29,952 bases of DNA from a virus (taxonomy: Duplodnaviria > Caudoviricetes). The DNA lies in the IMG/VR virus record IMGVR_UViG_3300021085_000143, positions 1 to 29,952 of that record. One strand, 5' to 3'. Position 1 is the stretch's first letter, and each line of letters begins with the position of its first letter. The translations under genes were made by a program, and so were the position numbers. A model generated the notes under the pieces. That model made no database searches, was not told the DNA's origin, and was given only the letters and a program-made list of their open reading frames with translations. Positions 14,670 to 22,786 of the stretch are shown here, piece by piece.

Positions 14670-15948
14670 GACCAATCAGGAGCTCGCTCAGGAGCAGTTA
14701 GACTCCATGGGCATACCGTGGAAAGGCGCAGAGATGAAGCCCTTCTCGCCGTCTATCAACCCGTTTAACCCTAACTTCAGGGCCACGATAGGCAGCAAGC
14801 TGCGCGAGTGGATTGACGACAGCGGCATAGGCGGCGGCTACAGGCAAGGGCTTATCAACGCTGGAGAGGGCATTGAGACAGCTATAGACTTCACGCCGAT
14901 TATTGGTGACGCGGTAGGGGTTGGCGATATACGCACTTCGTACAACCAAGGCGACATGGTAGGCACTGGTATTAATACTGCTGCTGCGGCTGTTGGTGCG
15001 TTGCCTATCATTGGGGATTTTGCGGCTAAAGGTGTTAAGTCTGCGTTGCGTGGCTTAGAGATTGGCCCAGAAATAAGGATGAAAAGAGCCGAAGAACAAG
15101 GCTACGAGCCTATATATCACGGAAGCACTTATGATATTGAGCGGATAGATTTAAATGGAATGAATCCTGAAAGCCACTTCGGAAGAGGATTTTATAGCAC
15201 AACTTCGCCTAGAGATGCTTCTGACCATTACGCAGGCGAAGGGCCTGATTTAACTAATCGACTGCAAAGACGAGCAGAACAATTAGAGGGCGAAGGTGTT
15301 TCTCCAGACAAAGCAATGAATACTGCGAGAGAAGAGCTAAAAGGTGGTAATGAGGGTGTTGTTTATCCATTGATGGGCAGGACTACTAAAGCATTTGACA
15401 TATCTAACGATGGCGATACCTTCCTGCGGTACGAGCAGCCTGAGCTAAATCCAGAAGACTATCTGGACGAAGCTGATGGTGATATGGATGTGGCTTATGA
15501 GCTTGCTCAAGAAGCTGCGTATGACTTTGAGCCAGAAGGTGAGTTAGTGGACTTTTTAAAAAGCCTTCGTAGCAATTCATCGTTGAGCCAAGATGATTTT
15601 GCAACATTGCAAAGCAGCATTTTGGAAGAGGCGTATGATGGTGGAATTAGCGCAAATAGATTAGATGAGATTTTTAGGCAGGCAGAAATATACCCAGAAG
15701 ATGACGCAGGAAATCTCATATCTAATGACGTATTCAGACAAGCAATTCAAGATTCTGGATATGACACAATTATTCATGAAGCCGACATATTCCGTGGCAT
15801 GGATGTAGATAAAGGCACTAAGCATAAGATATTTTTAGACCCCACAAGAGTACGCTCAATCAACGCCGAGTTCGACCCAGCCAAGATGGACAGCGCAGAC
15901 CTACTCTCTAGCGTTGGCACTACCAGTGCGTTGCGAGGGATAGTCTAA
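14662..15948 (+). CDS. PT-TG-like domain plus ADP-ribosyltransferase-like (ART-PolyVal-type) protein
   Basis: DFTPIIGDAVG...ALPIIGDFAAKG (pre-toxin TG-like), then IYHGS, FGRGFYST, GVVYPL, GYDTII and DPTRVRSINAEFDP...DLL. GTG start overlaps the portal end. Confidence 0.7.
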   Translation: MAKTNQELAQEQLDSMGIPWKGAEMKPFSPSINPFNPNFRATIGSKLREWIDDSGIGGGYRQGLINAGEGIETAIDFTPIIGDAVGVGDIRTSYNQGDMVGTGINTAAAAVGALPIIGDFAAKGVKSALRGLEIGPEIRMKRAEEQGYEPIYHGSTYDIERIDLNGMNPESHFGRGFYSTTSPRDASDHYAGEGPDLTNRLQRRAEQLEGEGVSPDKAMNTAREELKGGNEGVVYPLMGRTTKAFDISNDGDTFLRYEQPELNPEDYLDEADGDMDVAYELAQEAAYDFEPEGELVDFLKSLRSNSSLSQDDFATLQSSILEEAYDGGISANRLDEIFRQAEIYPEDDAGNLISNDVFRQAIQDSGYDTIIHEADIFRGMDVDKGTKHKIFLDPTRVRSINAEFDPAKMDSADLLSSVGTTSALRGIV

Positions 15949-16118
15949 ACAGCCCCAACCAGCTCTGTAACCATATCATCTAGCTTATCCCACAACTCCT
16001 CAATGATAGGGCCATCTCCGGCCCTGTCAGCCTCTATTAGCTGCCCTATCACATCAAACAGAATGTCGTGCATCTGCTCTGGGTCATCTGTTTCAAATAC
16101 ATCATACAAGTCACTCAT
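15945..16118 (-). CDS. Small acidic protein (57 aa) convergent with the ART-like gene; not in the ORF track
   Basis: MSDLYDVFETDDPEQMHDILFDVIGQLIEADRAGDGPIIEELWDKLDDMVTELVGAV*. SD GGTG upstream; the two stop codons overlap (CTAA at 15945-15948). Confidence 0.75.
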   Translation of the reverse strand: MSDLYDVFETDDPEQMHDILFDVIGQLIEADRAGDGPIIEELWDKLDDMVTELVGAV

Positions 16119-16168
16119 AAATCACCAGCGGTTCAATTAACTTAATTTTGTTGATTTTAACCTCTTTA

Positions 16169-16177
16169 TGATATAAT
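16169..16177 (+). promoter_or_regulatory. Extended -10 promoter upstream of scaffold/coat
   Basis: TGaTATAAT in an AT-rich gap; possible -35 TTGTTG 18 bp upstream. Confidence 0.7.
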
Positions 16178-16230
16178 CACCAACAGGCCACCAGACCTTC
16201 TCTGGGCTATTTACCTTTAAAGGGCACAAT

Positions 16231-17061
16231 ATGAGCGAGCTGCAACCAGAAGACAACTACGAGTACGAATCCGAGGAAGACGTAACCACGGAGACGGAGG
16301 TAGAAGAAACTGAAGATTCTGTTGAGGAACAGAGTACCGATTCAGCACCGGAGGCGGGGAAGACCCCAGAGAAAGAAATCAAGTTCGATGAAGAGCAGCA
16401 GCGTGTATTTAACGATGCAGTCGGCAAGAAGGTTTTCAAGCTTCGAGAAAAGGAGCGCGAAGCCGAGTCGCTGAAAAAGCAGTTAGATGAGTTACAGGCC
16501 AAGCTTGGAGAACGTCAGGCGCCAAAGGTCCCCGACCTGCCAGATCCGTTTAGACTCTCAGATGAAGAGTATAGACAGAGCCTGGCAAGACGAGACCAGG
16601 CGCTGAGAGCCGCTGCGGAATACGATATGCAGCAGCAAGCCGTCCAGCAGCAACAGCAAGCGCTAAAGCAGCAGGAATGGCAAAAGCAGCAGGAGGAAAT
16701 GACCAGTAAGGTTAAGTCCTACTCTGACAGGGCAACTAAATTCGGCATAACGCCGGAGCAGTTACAGGAAGCAGGTAACGCGGTAGCGCAGTTTGGGATC
16801 GACGAATCTCTTGTGAATATAATTCTTGAAGAGAACGAAGGCCCCTTGATCACTAAGTATCTTGCTAAAAACCCGTTAGAGCTTGACTCGTTGCGATACT
16901 TGCCGCCAGCTCAAGCAGCAGTAAGGATAGCAACAGAAATTAAGCAGAAAGCTGCATCGCTTAAACCCAAGGTAAATAACGCTCCGGATCCCCTGGAGCA
17001 GCCCCATAGCGCTGGAAGTGCCCCCAAACCTAAGGGCCCTCAAGGCGCTACATTTGAATAG
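16231..17061 (+). CDS. Scaffolding protein
   Basis: Acidic N-terminus, coiled coil, GP.I..YL..NP motif, APDP near the C-terminus; directly upstream of the coat gene. Confidence 0.85.
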   Translation: MSELQPEDNYEYESEEDVTTETEVEETEDSVEEQSTDSAPEAGKTPEKEIKFDEEQQRVFNDAVGKKVFKLREKEREAESLKKQLDELQAKLGERQAPKVPDLPDPFRLSDEEYRQSLARRDQALRAAAEYDMQQQAVQQQQQALKQQEWQKQQEEMTSKVKSYSDRATKFGITPEQLQEAGNAVAQFGIDESLVNIILEENEGPLITKYLAKNPLELDSLRYLPPAQAAVRIATEIKQKAASLKPKVNNAPDPLEQPHSAGSAPKPKGPQGATFE

Positions 17062-17075
17062 GAAGGTGATCCAAG

Positions 17076-18338
17076 ATGGCTAATAATTTAAATAGTAACG
17101 TCACCCGGAAAGTCGCTCGCGTCTTTCTTGATGCTTTTGAAGCATCACGGGTAGTAACAAAGACAGTAAACACGCAGCTCCTGAGCGGCAAGTTCAACCC
17201 TTCAAGCGGTTCTAACGTCGACTTTAAGCGTCCGCACGACTATAACTCTATCCGTACTTCTGGTGGTGACATCTCTGGTGCAGATAAGTCGGACATCATT
17301 GCAGGTAAGGCAACTGGTACGGTCCAGGACTACTTCACAGCGGCCACTGAGTGGGGCAATGTTGAGGAAGCTCTTGAGCTAGACCAACTCGATCAGATCC
17401 TTGAGCCTATGGCCCGTCGCATTGTGACTGACCTGGAGCTGGACCTCGGTCGCTATATGCGTGAGAACGCAGCCTTGAACTACGGTGATCGCGGTACTGC
17501 GGTAGACGCATGGTCAGACGTAGCTGGTGCTGGTGCACTGATGGATTCTGTCGGCGTTCCAATGTCAGACGAGAAGTACTACCTGATGAACCCGTTCACG
17601 ACTACTGCGCTATCTTCAGCTCAGAACGGTCTGAACGCGTCTGACGGCCTTGTTCGTACAGCATGGGAAAAAGCGCAAATCAGCCAGAACTTTGGTGGCA
17701 TGATGGCTTTAACGTCTAACGCTCTAAGCAGCTACACTTCAGGTTCAACAACTGATCGTGCAGGTACTTTGAACGGTGCTCCTAACGCCACTTATGTTGC
17801 GGCAAAGGACACTATGCAGCAGACTCTTGTTCTGGCCGGTCTGGGTACTGGTACTATCAAAGCTGGCGACCAGGTAACTATTGCGGGCGTTAATCGTCTC
17901 AACGTAGCTACTCGTGAAGCGATCCTTGATAGCGCTGGCGCACAAGTGCCTTGGACAGGTACTGTAGTAGCGGATGTGACTATCTCTGGCAACGCTGCGA
18001 CTATTGTTGTCTCAGGTGCGGCTATCCACGAGACTAACGGTCAGTACAACAACGTAGACGCAGCTCCTGCTTCTGGCGCGGTTGTGACTATCCTTGGTGC
18101 TGCTTCAACTCTGTACCAGCCTAATATGTTCTTTACCAAGCAAGCGTTTGGTCTCGGAACTGTTAAGCTACCTAAGCTGTACTCTACAGATACAATTGCG
18201 ACTACCAGCGATGGCATGAGCATCCGTGTATCTAAGTACGCAGACGGTGACGCGAACACGCAAAAGATTCGTTTCGATCTCTTGCCGGCGTACGCGACCT
18301 TCAACCCGCTGTTTGCGGGCCAGGGTTACGGAAAGTAA
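17076..18338 (+). CDS. Major capsid protein, P22 gp5 family
   Basis: MANN start, 420 aa, I-domain with IKAGD.VTIAGV, C-terminal RFDLL; follows the scaffold. Confidence 0.93.
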   Translation: MANNLNSNVTRKVARVFLDAFEASRVVTKTVNTQLLSGKFNPSSGSNVDFKRPHDYNSIRTSGGDISGADKSDIIAGKATGTVQDYFTAATEWGNVEEALELDQLDQILEPMARRIVTDLELDLGRYMRENAALNYGDRGTAVDAWSDVAGAGALMDSVGVPMSDEKYYLMNPFTTTALSSAQNGLNASDGLVRTAWEKAQISQNFGGMMALTSNALSSYTSGSTTDRAGTLNGAPNATYVAAKDTMQQTLVLAGLGTGTIKAGDQVTIAGVNRLNVATREAILDSAGAQVPWTGTVVADVTISGNAATIVVSGAAIHETNGQYNNVDAAPASGAVVTILGAASTLYQPNMFFTKQAFGLGTVKLPKLYSTDTIATTSDGMSIRVSKYADGDANTQKIRFDLLPAYATFNPLFAGQGYGK

Positions 18339-18351
18339 CACTACGGAGGAT

Positions 18352-18376
18352 GGGGGCTCCGGCCCCCTGATTCTTT
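18352..18376 (+). terminator. Leaky intrinsic terminator after the coat gene
   Basis: GGGGGC-TCCG-GCCCCC followed by TGATTCTTT. Confidence 0.7.
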
Positions 18377-18634
18377 ATGGCAAAACCAAGTAAAGGCAAG
18401 GCTAAAGTAAAGGTCACCGCATCCGGCAAGAAGGTTTCTTATGGCCAGGCTGGAAAAGCAAAGGGTGGCGGTTCACGAGTAAAGCCAGGAACAAAGAAGG
18501 GCGACGCATATTGCGCCCGGTCAGCCGGCCAGATGAAAGATCATCCAAAGGCCGCAAAGAATCCCAACAGCCCGCTACGCCTGTCACGAAAGCGGTGGAA
18601 GTGTAAGGGCAAGAAGAGTGCTAAATATGAGTGA
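18377..18634 (+). CDS. Small highly basic protein (DUF6321-like)
   Basis: KKVSYGQ, YCARS.G, NS....SR.RWKC motifs; Lys-rich. Confidence 0.8.
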   Translation: MAKPSKGKAKVKVTASGKKVSYGQAGKAKGGGSRVKPGTKKGDAYCARSAGQMKDHPKAAKNPNSPLRLSRKRWKCKGKKSAKYE

Positions 18635-18800
18635 CGGTCTATACGCGAATATTCACAAAAAGAAAAAGCGCCAAAAGCGTCAAAAGGCCGAGGGACGTAC
18701 AGTGGAGAGAACTAGATCGCCTGGCGCCCCAGGAGCACCAACAGCAGGTGCATTTCGCGCAGCAGCAAAAACAGCAAATAAGAAACCTACATTTGAATGA
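18627..18800 (+). CDS. Small basic protein (GLYANIH...PGAPT..AF..AAKTA type)
   Basis: Likely start ATG 18627; the motif recurs in phage head regions. Confidence 0.75.
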   Translation: MSDGLYANIHKKKKRQKRQKAEGRTVERTRSPGAPGAPTAGAFRAAAKTANKKPTFE

Positions 18801-18808
18801 GGTGATTT

Positions 18809-18949
18809 ATGCCAGATATAGATGGAAAGAAATTCCCATACACCAAAACAGGCATGGCTGCGGCTGAAAAGGCCCGAAAGAAAAAGAACAAAAATAAATC
18901 TAAGCCCATGAATAGAAGCAGGAATACATACGGGAATACATACGAGTAA
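18809..18949 (+). CDS. Small basic protein (46 aa), not in the ORF track
   Basis: MPDIDGKKFPYTKTGMAAAEKARKKKNKNKSKPMNRSRNTYGNTYE*. SD GAGGTG; TAATG-coupled to the gp4-like gene; contains a 12-bp tandem duplication GGAATACATACG (18921-18944). Confidence 0.8.
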   Translation: MPDIDGKKFPYTKTGMAAAEKARKKKNKNKSKPMNRSRNTYGNTYE

Positions 18950-19428
18950 TGGCTACTGTCGCTCAGGTCGCAAAGGCATCACTACAGCGAATTTTGGTCC
19001 AGGCATCTGAGTCTCCTCTCGAGCCTGATGAGTACCAAGATTACATATTCGCTCTAAATAATTACATGACTCAGCTTGATGCTCAGGGCATCACGTTGGG
19101 CTATACCGAGGTCGATAGCCTTGCAGATGTAATAACCGTGCCCACCGGTGCGTTGCGCGGAATTATAGCCAACATGGCTATTGAAGTGTCTCCAGATTAT
19201 GGAGGAGTGGTTTCAGAGGGATTGGTTAAAGCGGCCCGTGAGGGCATGAATACCATGCGTACTATTGGTGGCCGTATGGGTCCAACCTCACTACCGTCAA
19301 CACTGCCTATAGGCGCAGGAAACGAAGACGACAGCTACGGGATTTCTGGTCATTTCTACCCAGAACAAGAAGCAGAAATACTAGCCGAATCTACTGGCGC
19401 AATTGGACTGGAGCTTAACACGAAATGA
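18949..19428 (+). CDS. Head-to-tail adaptor, P22 gp4 family
   Basis: AL..L...LGY, N.A....PDYG and P..LPIGAGN motifs; expected position. Confidence 0.85.
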   Translation: MATVAQVAKASLQRILVQASESPLEPDEYQDYIFALNNYMTQLDAQGITLGYTEVDSLADVITVPTGALRGIIANMAIEVSPDYGGVVSEGLVKAAREGMNTMRTIGGRMGPTSLPSTLPIGAGNEDDSYGISGHFYPEQEAEILAESTGAIGLELNTK

Positions 19429-20270
19429 CAATTAGAGCCGATGGTCGCAGGAAAAGCGAGTTTATAGCTAAAGGCACGGTTGAAGCTGGCGGCTATCTTG
19501 ATTACGTTGTCAACGGGACAAATTACAAAATCAGCTATGACAACTTTGTGGCTAACCTTGGCGTTACCGGGACGATCGTACAGGAAGGTGCTGCTACAGG
19601 CACAGCTATCCTTGACGTTGATGGCACTATCAATCAGATCCGCAACCTTGAGAACGGCCCAGGCATAGTGACCTCGGTATCTCCAGAAAACGGGGCCAAG
19701 ATTAGCCACAACTTCACGGCTAATACTGACGGGCTCCCTATCCTATTGAACACAACCGCAGCGTCTCCCACAATTGCAAGCATTGTTGCTGGCTCAGGTA
19801 TTAGCGTCCAAGCAGTGAATGATTCTGGTATTGAGATAACGTCCATTGCTGATGAAATAAACGCGCAAGTGTCTATGCACGGTAATTCAACTGCCACAAC
19901 AATCTCTACTCAAAATGTACCTGTAAAAGCAGCAGGTACATTTGTAGCGGGAACTTTTTCCAGTTTTACAGTAGATACGACGGGCAAGCTTACTTATACA
20001 GGCTCAACGACTACTACAGTTCGTTTGACGGCTTCTGTAACTATAGATGTGGTTGGGACAAATCAGGATCTAACTGTTCATTTGGCAAAAAATGGCACTG
20101 TTATTTCTGCCGCTAAAATCTCCAGATTAGTGTCCGCATCCAATACGGCAAATGTGGGAGTGTTTTATAACGTCTCCGTTTCTAACTCTGACTATCTTGA
20201 GGTATTTGTTTCCAACGGCACAAGCACAAATAATATAACCGTAACGGATTGTCTCTTCGGAGTATCTTAG
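19425..20270 (+). CDS. Virion structural protein (beta-rich, possible C1q/BclA-like C-terminal domain)
   Basis: Thr/Val/Gly-rich; KNG...DYLEVFV pattern; lies between the gp4-like and gp10-like genes. Confidence 0.6.
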   Translation: MTIRADGRRKSEFIAKGTVEAGGYLDYVVNGTNYKISYDNFVANLGVTGTIVQEGAATGTAILDVDGTINQIRNLENGPGIVTSVSPENGAKISHNFTANTDGLPILLNTTAASPTIASIVAGSGISVQAVNDSGIEITSIADEINAQVSMHGNSTATTISTQNVPVKAAGTFVAGTFSSFTVDTTGKLTYTGSTTTTVRLTASVTIDVVGTNQDLTVHLAKNGTVISAAKISRLVSASNTANVGVFYNVSVSNSDYLEVFVSNGTSTNNITVTDCLFGVS

Positions 20271-21707
20271 ATGCCAGTTACCCAACTGCCTATAGCAAAT
20301 GGTTTTTATGTTAGTGACTCTTTGCCTATCGCAGCCCAAGAGTGTACAAACTGGTATCCGAACATCGTTCAAGGGACTGGTTTATCTCAAGAGACTTTAT
20401 TCGGCACTGAAGGAATTAATGAGCTGGCTACGTCGGGAATACTTGATAACGCAAACCGTGGCTCTCATGAGATGGCTGGCAAGCCGTACTTCGTGAATGG
20501 CGAACGCTTATATCGACTAGATAAGTCTGGCGATGATTACAATTTAACCTTTATCGGCGACGTTGCTGGTGTTACTCGCGTCTCCATGGCCGATAACGGA
20601 ACGCAGCTAATGGTGCTCGTGCCTGGCGGAAACGGTTATATCTATAATCACGTTACAGATGCGTTTGCTCAGATTACGGATTCTGACTTTACAGCGAATG
20701 GAGCCCCTCAGTTCGTTGTATTTATTGATGGCTACTTCTTAATCACCACAGACTCTAAGAAGTTCATAGTAAGCTCCATTAATAACGGCTTGAGCTATAA
20801 CGCTCTCGACTTCGGTACAGCCGAGTCAGACCCCGATGACATTGTTGCTCCAGTAGTCTATAAGAATCAGCTATTTATTTCAGGAGGCCAAACCTTTGAG
20901 GCTTTCCAGAACATTGGCGGAGCTGACTTTCCTTTTCAGCGGACCGGGCTATTTTTGCAAAAAGGATGCTATGCGCCCTACTCTCTCGTAAACGCACAAG
21001 ATACCTTTATGTGGGTCGGCGGTGGAGAGAACGAGGGGCCGGCTATCTGGGCTCTTAACGGTAACAGTACAGTCAAAGTATCTACGACTGCAATTGACTC
21101 TCTTTTATCAAAACTGTCAGATACTCAGGTCTCAGGCATTTATTCATGGGCATACGCCAGTAAGGGAGCATACTTTATAGGCTTCTCACTACCCTCTACA
21201 ACGCTTGTATACGATACGACATCTCAGAGGTGGCATGAGAGGAAGTCGCTCTTAGATGGCTCCCTAGGAGCTTTTAGGGTGTCCTCGATCGTTAAGGCGT
21301 ACAATAATATTCTCTGCGGCGACATCATTGACGGCCGTATCGGCCAGTTTGACCAAAACGTTTACACCGAATACGGCAATACCATTGTTCGCAGGGTGGC
21401 CACTCAGCCTTTTCAAAACAATATGCAGTCGGTATTTTTCCCGAGCTTAGAGCTCACGGTAGAATCTGGAGTAGGTAATGCTGCGGTTGTGGACCCTCAG
21501 ATAACACTGGAGAGGAGCAGCGACGGCAAAACCTGGAGCGGACCAATAGCGCGTAGCATAGGCAAAATCGGCGAGTATGCCCGTCGTGCTATATGGCGCA
21601 GGAACGGCAGGGCGTCCAGGTTTGAGATATTCCGATTTACTTTAACTGATGCGGTTAAGCCGGTTATCATACAACTTACTGCAAACATTATTGGTGGTGA
21701 TAAGTGA
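20271..21707 (+). CDS. Tail hub / packaged DNA stabilization protein, P22 gp10 family
   Basis: VSMADNG, DGYF, AESDPD.IV, T.VYD....WHER, S.DG.TWS, G..GEY..R..WRR.G motifs. Confidence 0.9.
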   Translation: MPVTQLPIANGFYVSDSLPIAAQECTNWYPNIVQGTGLSQETLFGTEGINELATSGILDNANRGSHEMAGKPYFVNGERLYRLDKSGDDYNLTFIGDVAGVTRVSMADNGTQLMVLVPGGNGYIYNHVTDAFAQITDSDFTANGAPQFVVFIDGYFLITTDSKKFIVSSINNGLSYNALDFGTAESDPDDIVAPVVYKNQLFISGGQTFEAFQNIGGADFPFQRTGLFLQKGCYAPYSLVNAQDTFMWVGGGENEGPAIWALNGNSTVKVSTTAIDSLLSKLSDTQVSGIYSWAYASKGAYFIGFSLPSTTLVYDTTSQRWHERKSLLDGSLGAFRVSSIVKAYNNILCGDIIDGRIGQFDQNVYTEYGNTIVRRVATQPFQNNMQSVFFPSLELTVESGVGNAAVVDPQITLERSSDGKTWSGPIARSIGKIGEYARRAIWRRNGRASRFEIFRFTLTDAVKPVIIQLTANIIGGDK

Positions 21708-21958
21708 CCGGCCCTAGGCTTAATCAGGCGCAGCCTATCGTTCAACCTGATGGCACAATGGCTCAGCCGTTTAGACAGTTCACCCAGGACGCAAGCCTAA
21801 GCATCCCTATTGTGGGTGCTGGCTCGCCAGAGGGAGTTATAGAGGCCAGGCAGTACAGTCTTTACATAAACTCTACCGGCAGTAGCGGATCAATAGAATA
21901 TAGGAAAATGCTTCCGTCAATTGGTGGCGACGTAACACAAGGTTGGATAGCGGTCTAA
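21704..21958 (+). CDS. Small tail protein (gp26 position)
   Basis: GSPEGVI.A...SLY.....G....Y.K......GW motif seen in phage tail appendage domains. Confidence 0.65.
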   Translation: MTGPRLNQAQPIVQPDGTMAQPFRQFTQDASLSIPIVGAGSPEGVIEARQYSLYINSTGSSGSIEYRKMLPSIGGDVTQGWIAV

Positions 21959-21969
21959 CCAGCAAAATG

Positions 21970-21978
21970 TGGTAAAAT
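21970..21978 (+). promoter_or_regulatory. Extended -10 promoter upstream of the ejection-protein genes
   Basis: TGTGgTAAAAT in a short intergenic gap. Confidence 0.55.
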
Positions 21979-22006
21979 TCAATAAATTAAGTAGGCAGGA
22001 ATCAAA

Positions 22007-22786
22007 ATGTCAATAACTGGCGCATTAATAGGCGGAGCCGCAAGCTTAGGTGGTTCTTATTTGCAGAACAAAGCAAATGAGAAATTGGCCGATCAATCTG
22101 CGGAGAATCGAGCTAATGAAATTGCCATGATCAAGCAGTACGGCCAGCGCGCCACGGAGTCTATGCTCCCTGCCTATCAAGCGGCTCAAGACATCCGCCA
22201 GCAAGGCATGAATCAAAACCTTGCTCTTGCCGGCCAGACTTTCCGACCTATGGTAGATGCCACTCAGACTGGCGACTACATGGCGCAGCAGGCGCTTCTA
22301 GCGGGCCTCATGGGGCAGCGCAACGCAATCCTTGGTGATCCTATTAATTACGGCAACTTGCAAGCTCAGAGCGTCCCCATGGACTACTCGCAGCTAACAG
22401 GGCTAACCGATCCTCAGCCTTTAGATTTTAAAGGGTTTGAGCAAATCGAATACTCAAACTCTGGTGTAATGGACTGGGATGCCAACACGGCTCAAGGGTA
22501 TCTGAGAGCCAACCCAGACGTTCTCGCTGATTACAACGCAAATAAAGCACAGCTTCTTGAAGGTGGCGACCCTCAGTTTACAACTGCGGAAGGATACGCT
22601 AAGTGGCATTGGGATAATTACGGTCAAGCAGAAGGCAGGCCATTAAAGCCAGGCGAAGCATCTACCCCGGGGGCAGGAGTAGCCACCCCGGCGGCAGCAA
22701 ACACCCCGGAGGCAGCAGCACAGAATACTTTTACCAGTATCCAAATAGAACAGATGCTAGACTTGATTGGAGGTGAGCTGCCATGA
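22007..22786 (+). CDS. Ejection/DNA transfer protein (gp7-like N-terminus) with YL..NPDV...H...YG..EGR module
   Basis: Gly/Ala-rich N-terminus MSITGALIGGAASLGG; Q/A-rich helices; expected position. Confidence 0.65.
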   Translation: MSITGALIGGAASLGGSYLQNKANEKLADQSAENRANEIAMIKQYGQRATESMLPAYQAAQDIRQQGMNQNLALAGQTFRPMVDATQTGDYMAQQALLAGLMGQRNAILGDPINYGNLQAQSVPMDYSQLTGLTDPQPLDFKGFEQIEYSNSGVMDWDANTAQGYLRANPDVLADYNANKAQLLEGGDPQFTTAEGYAKWHWDNYGQAEGRPLKPGEASTPGAGVATPAAANTPEAAAQNTFTSIQIEQMLDLIGGELP

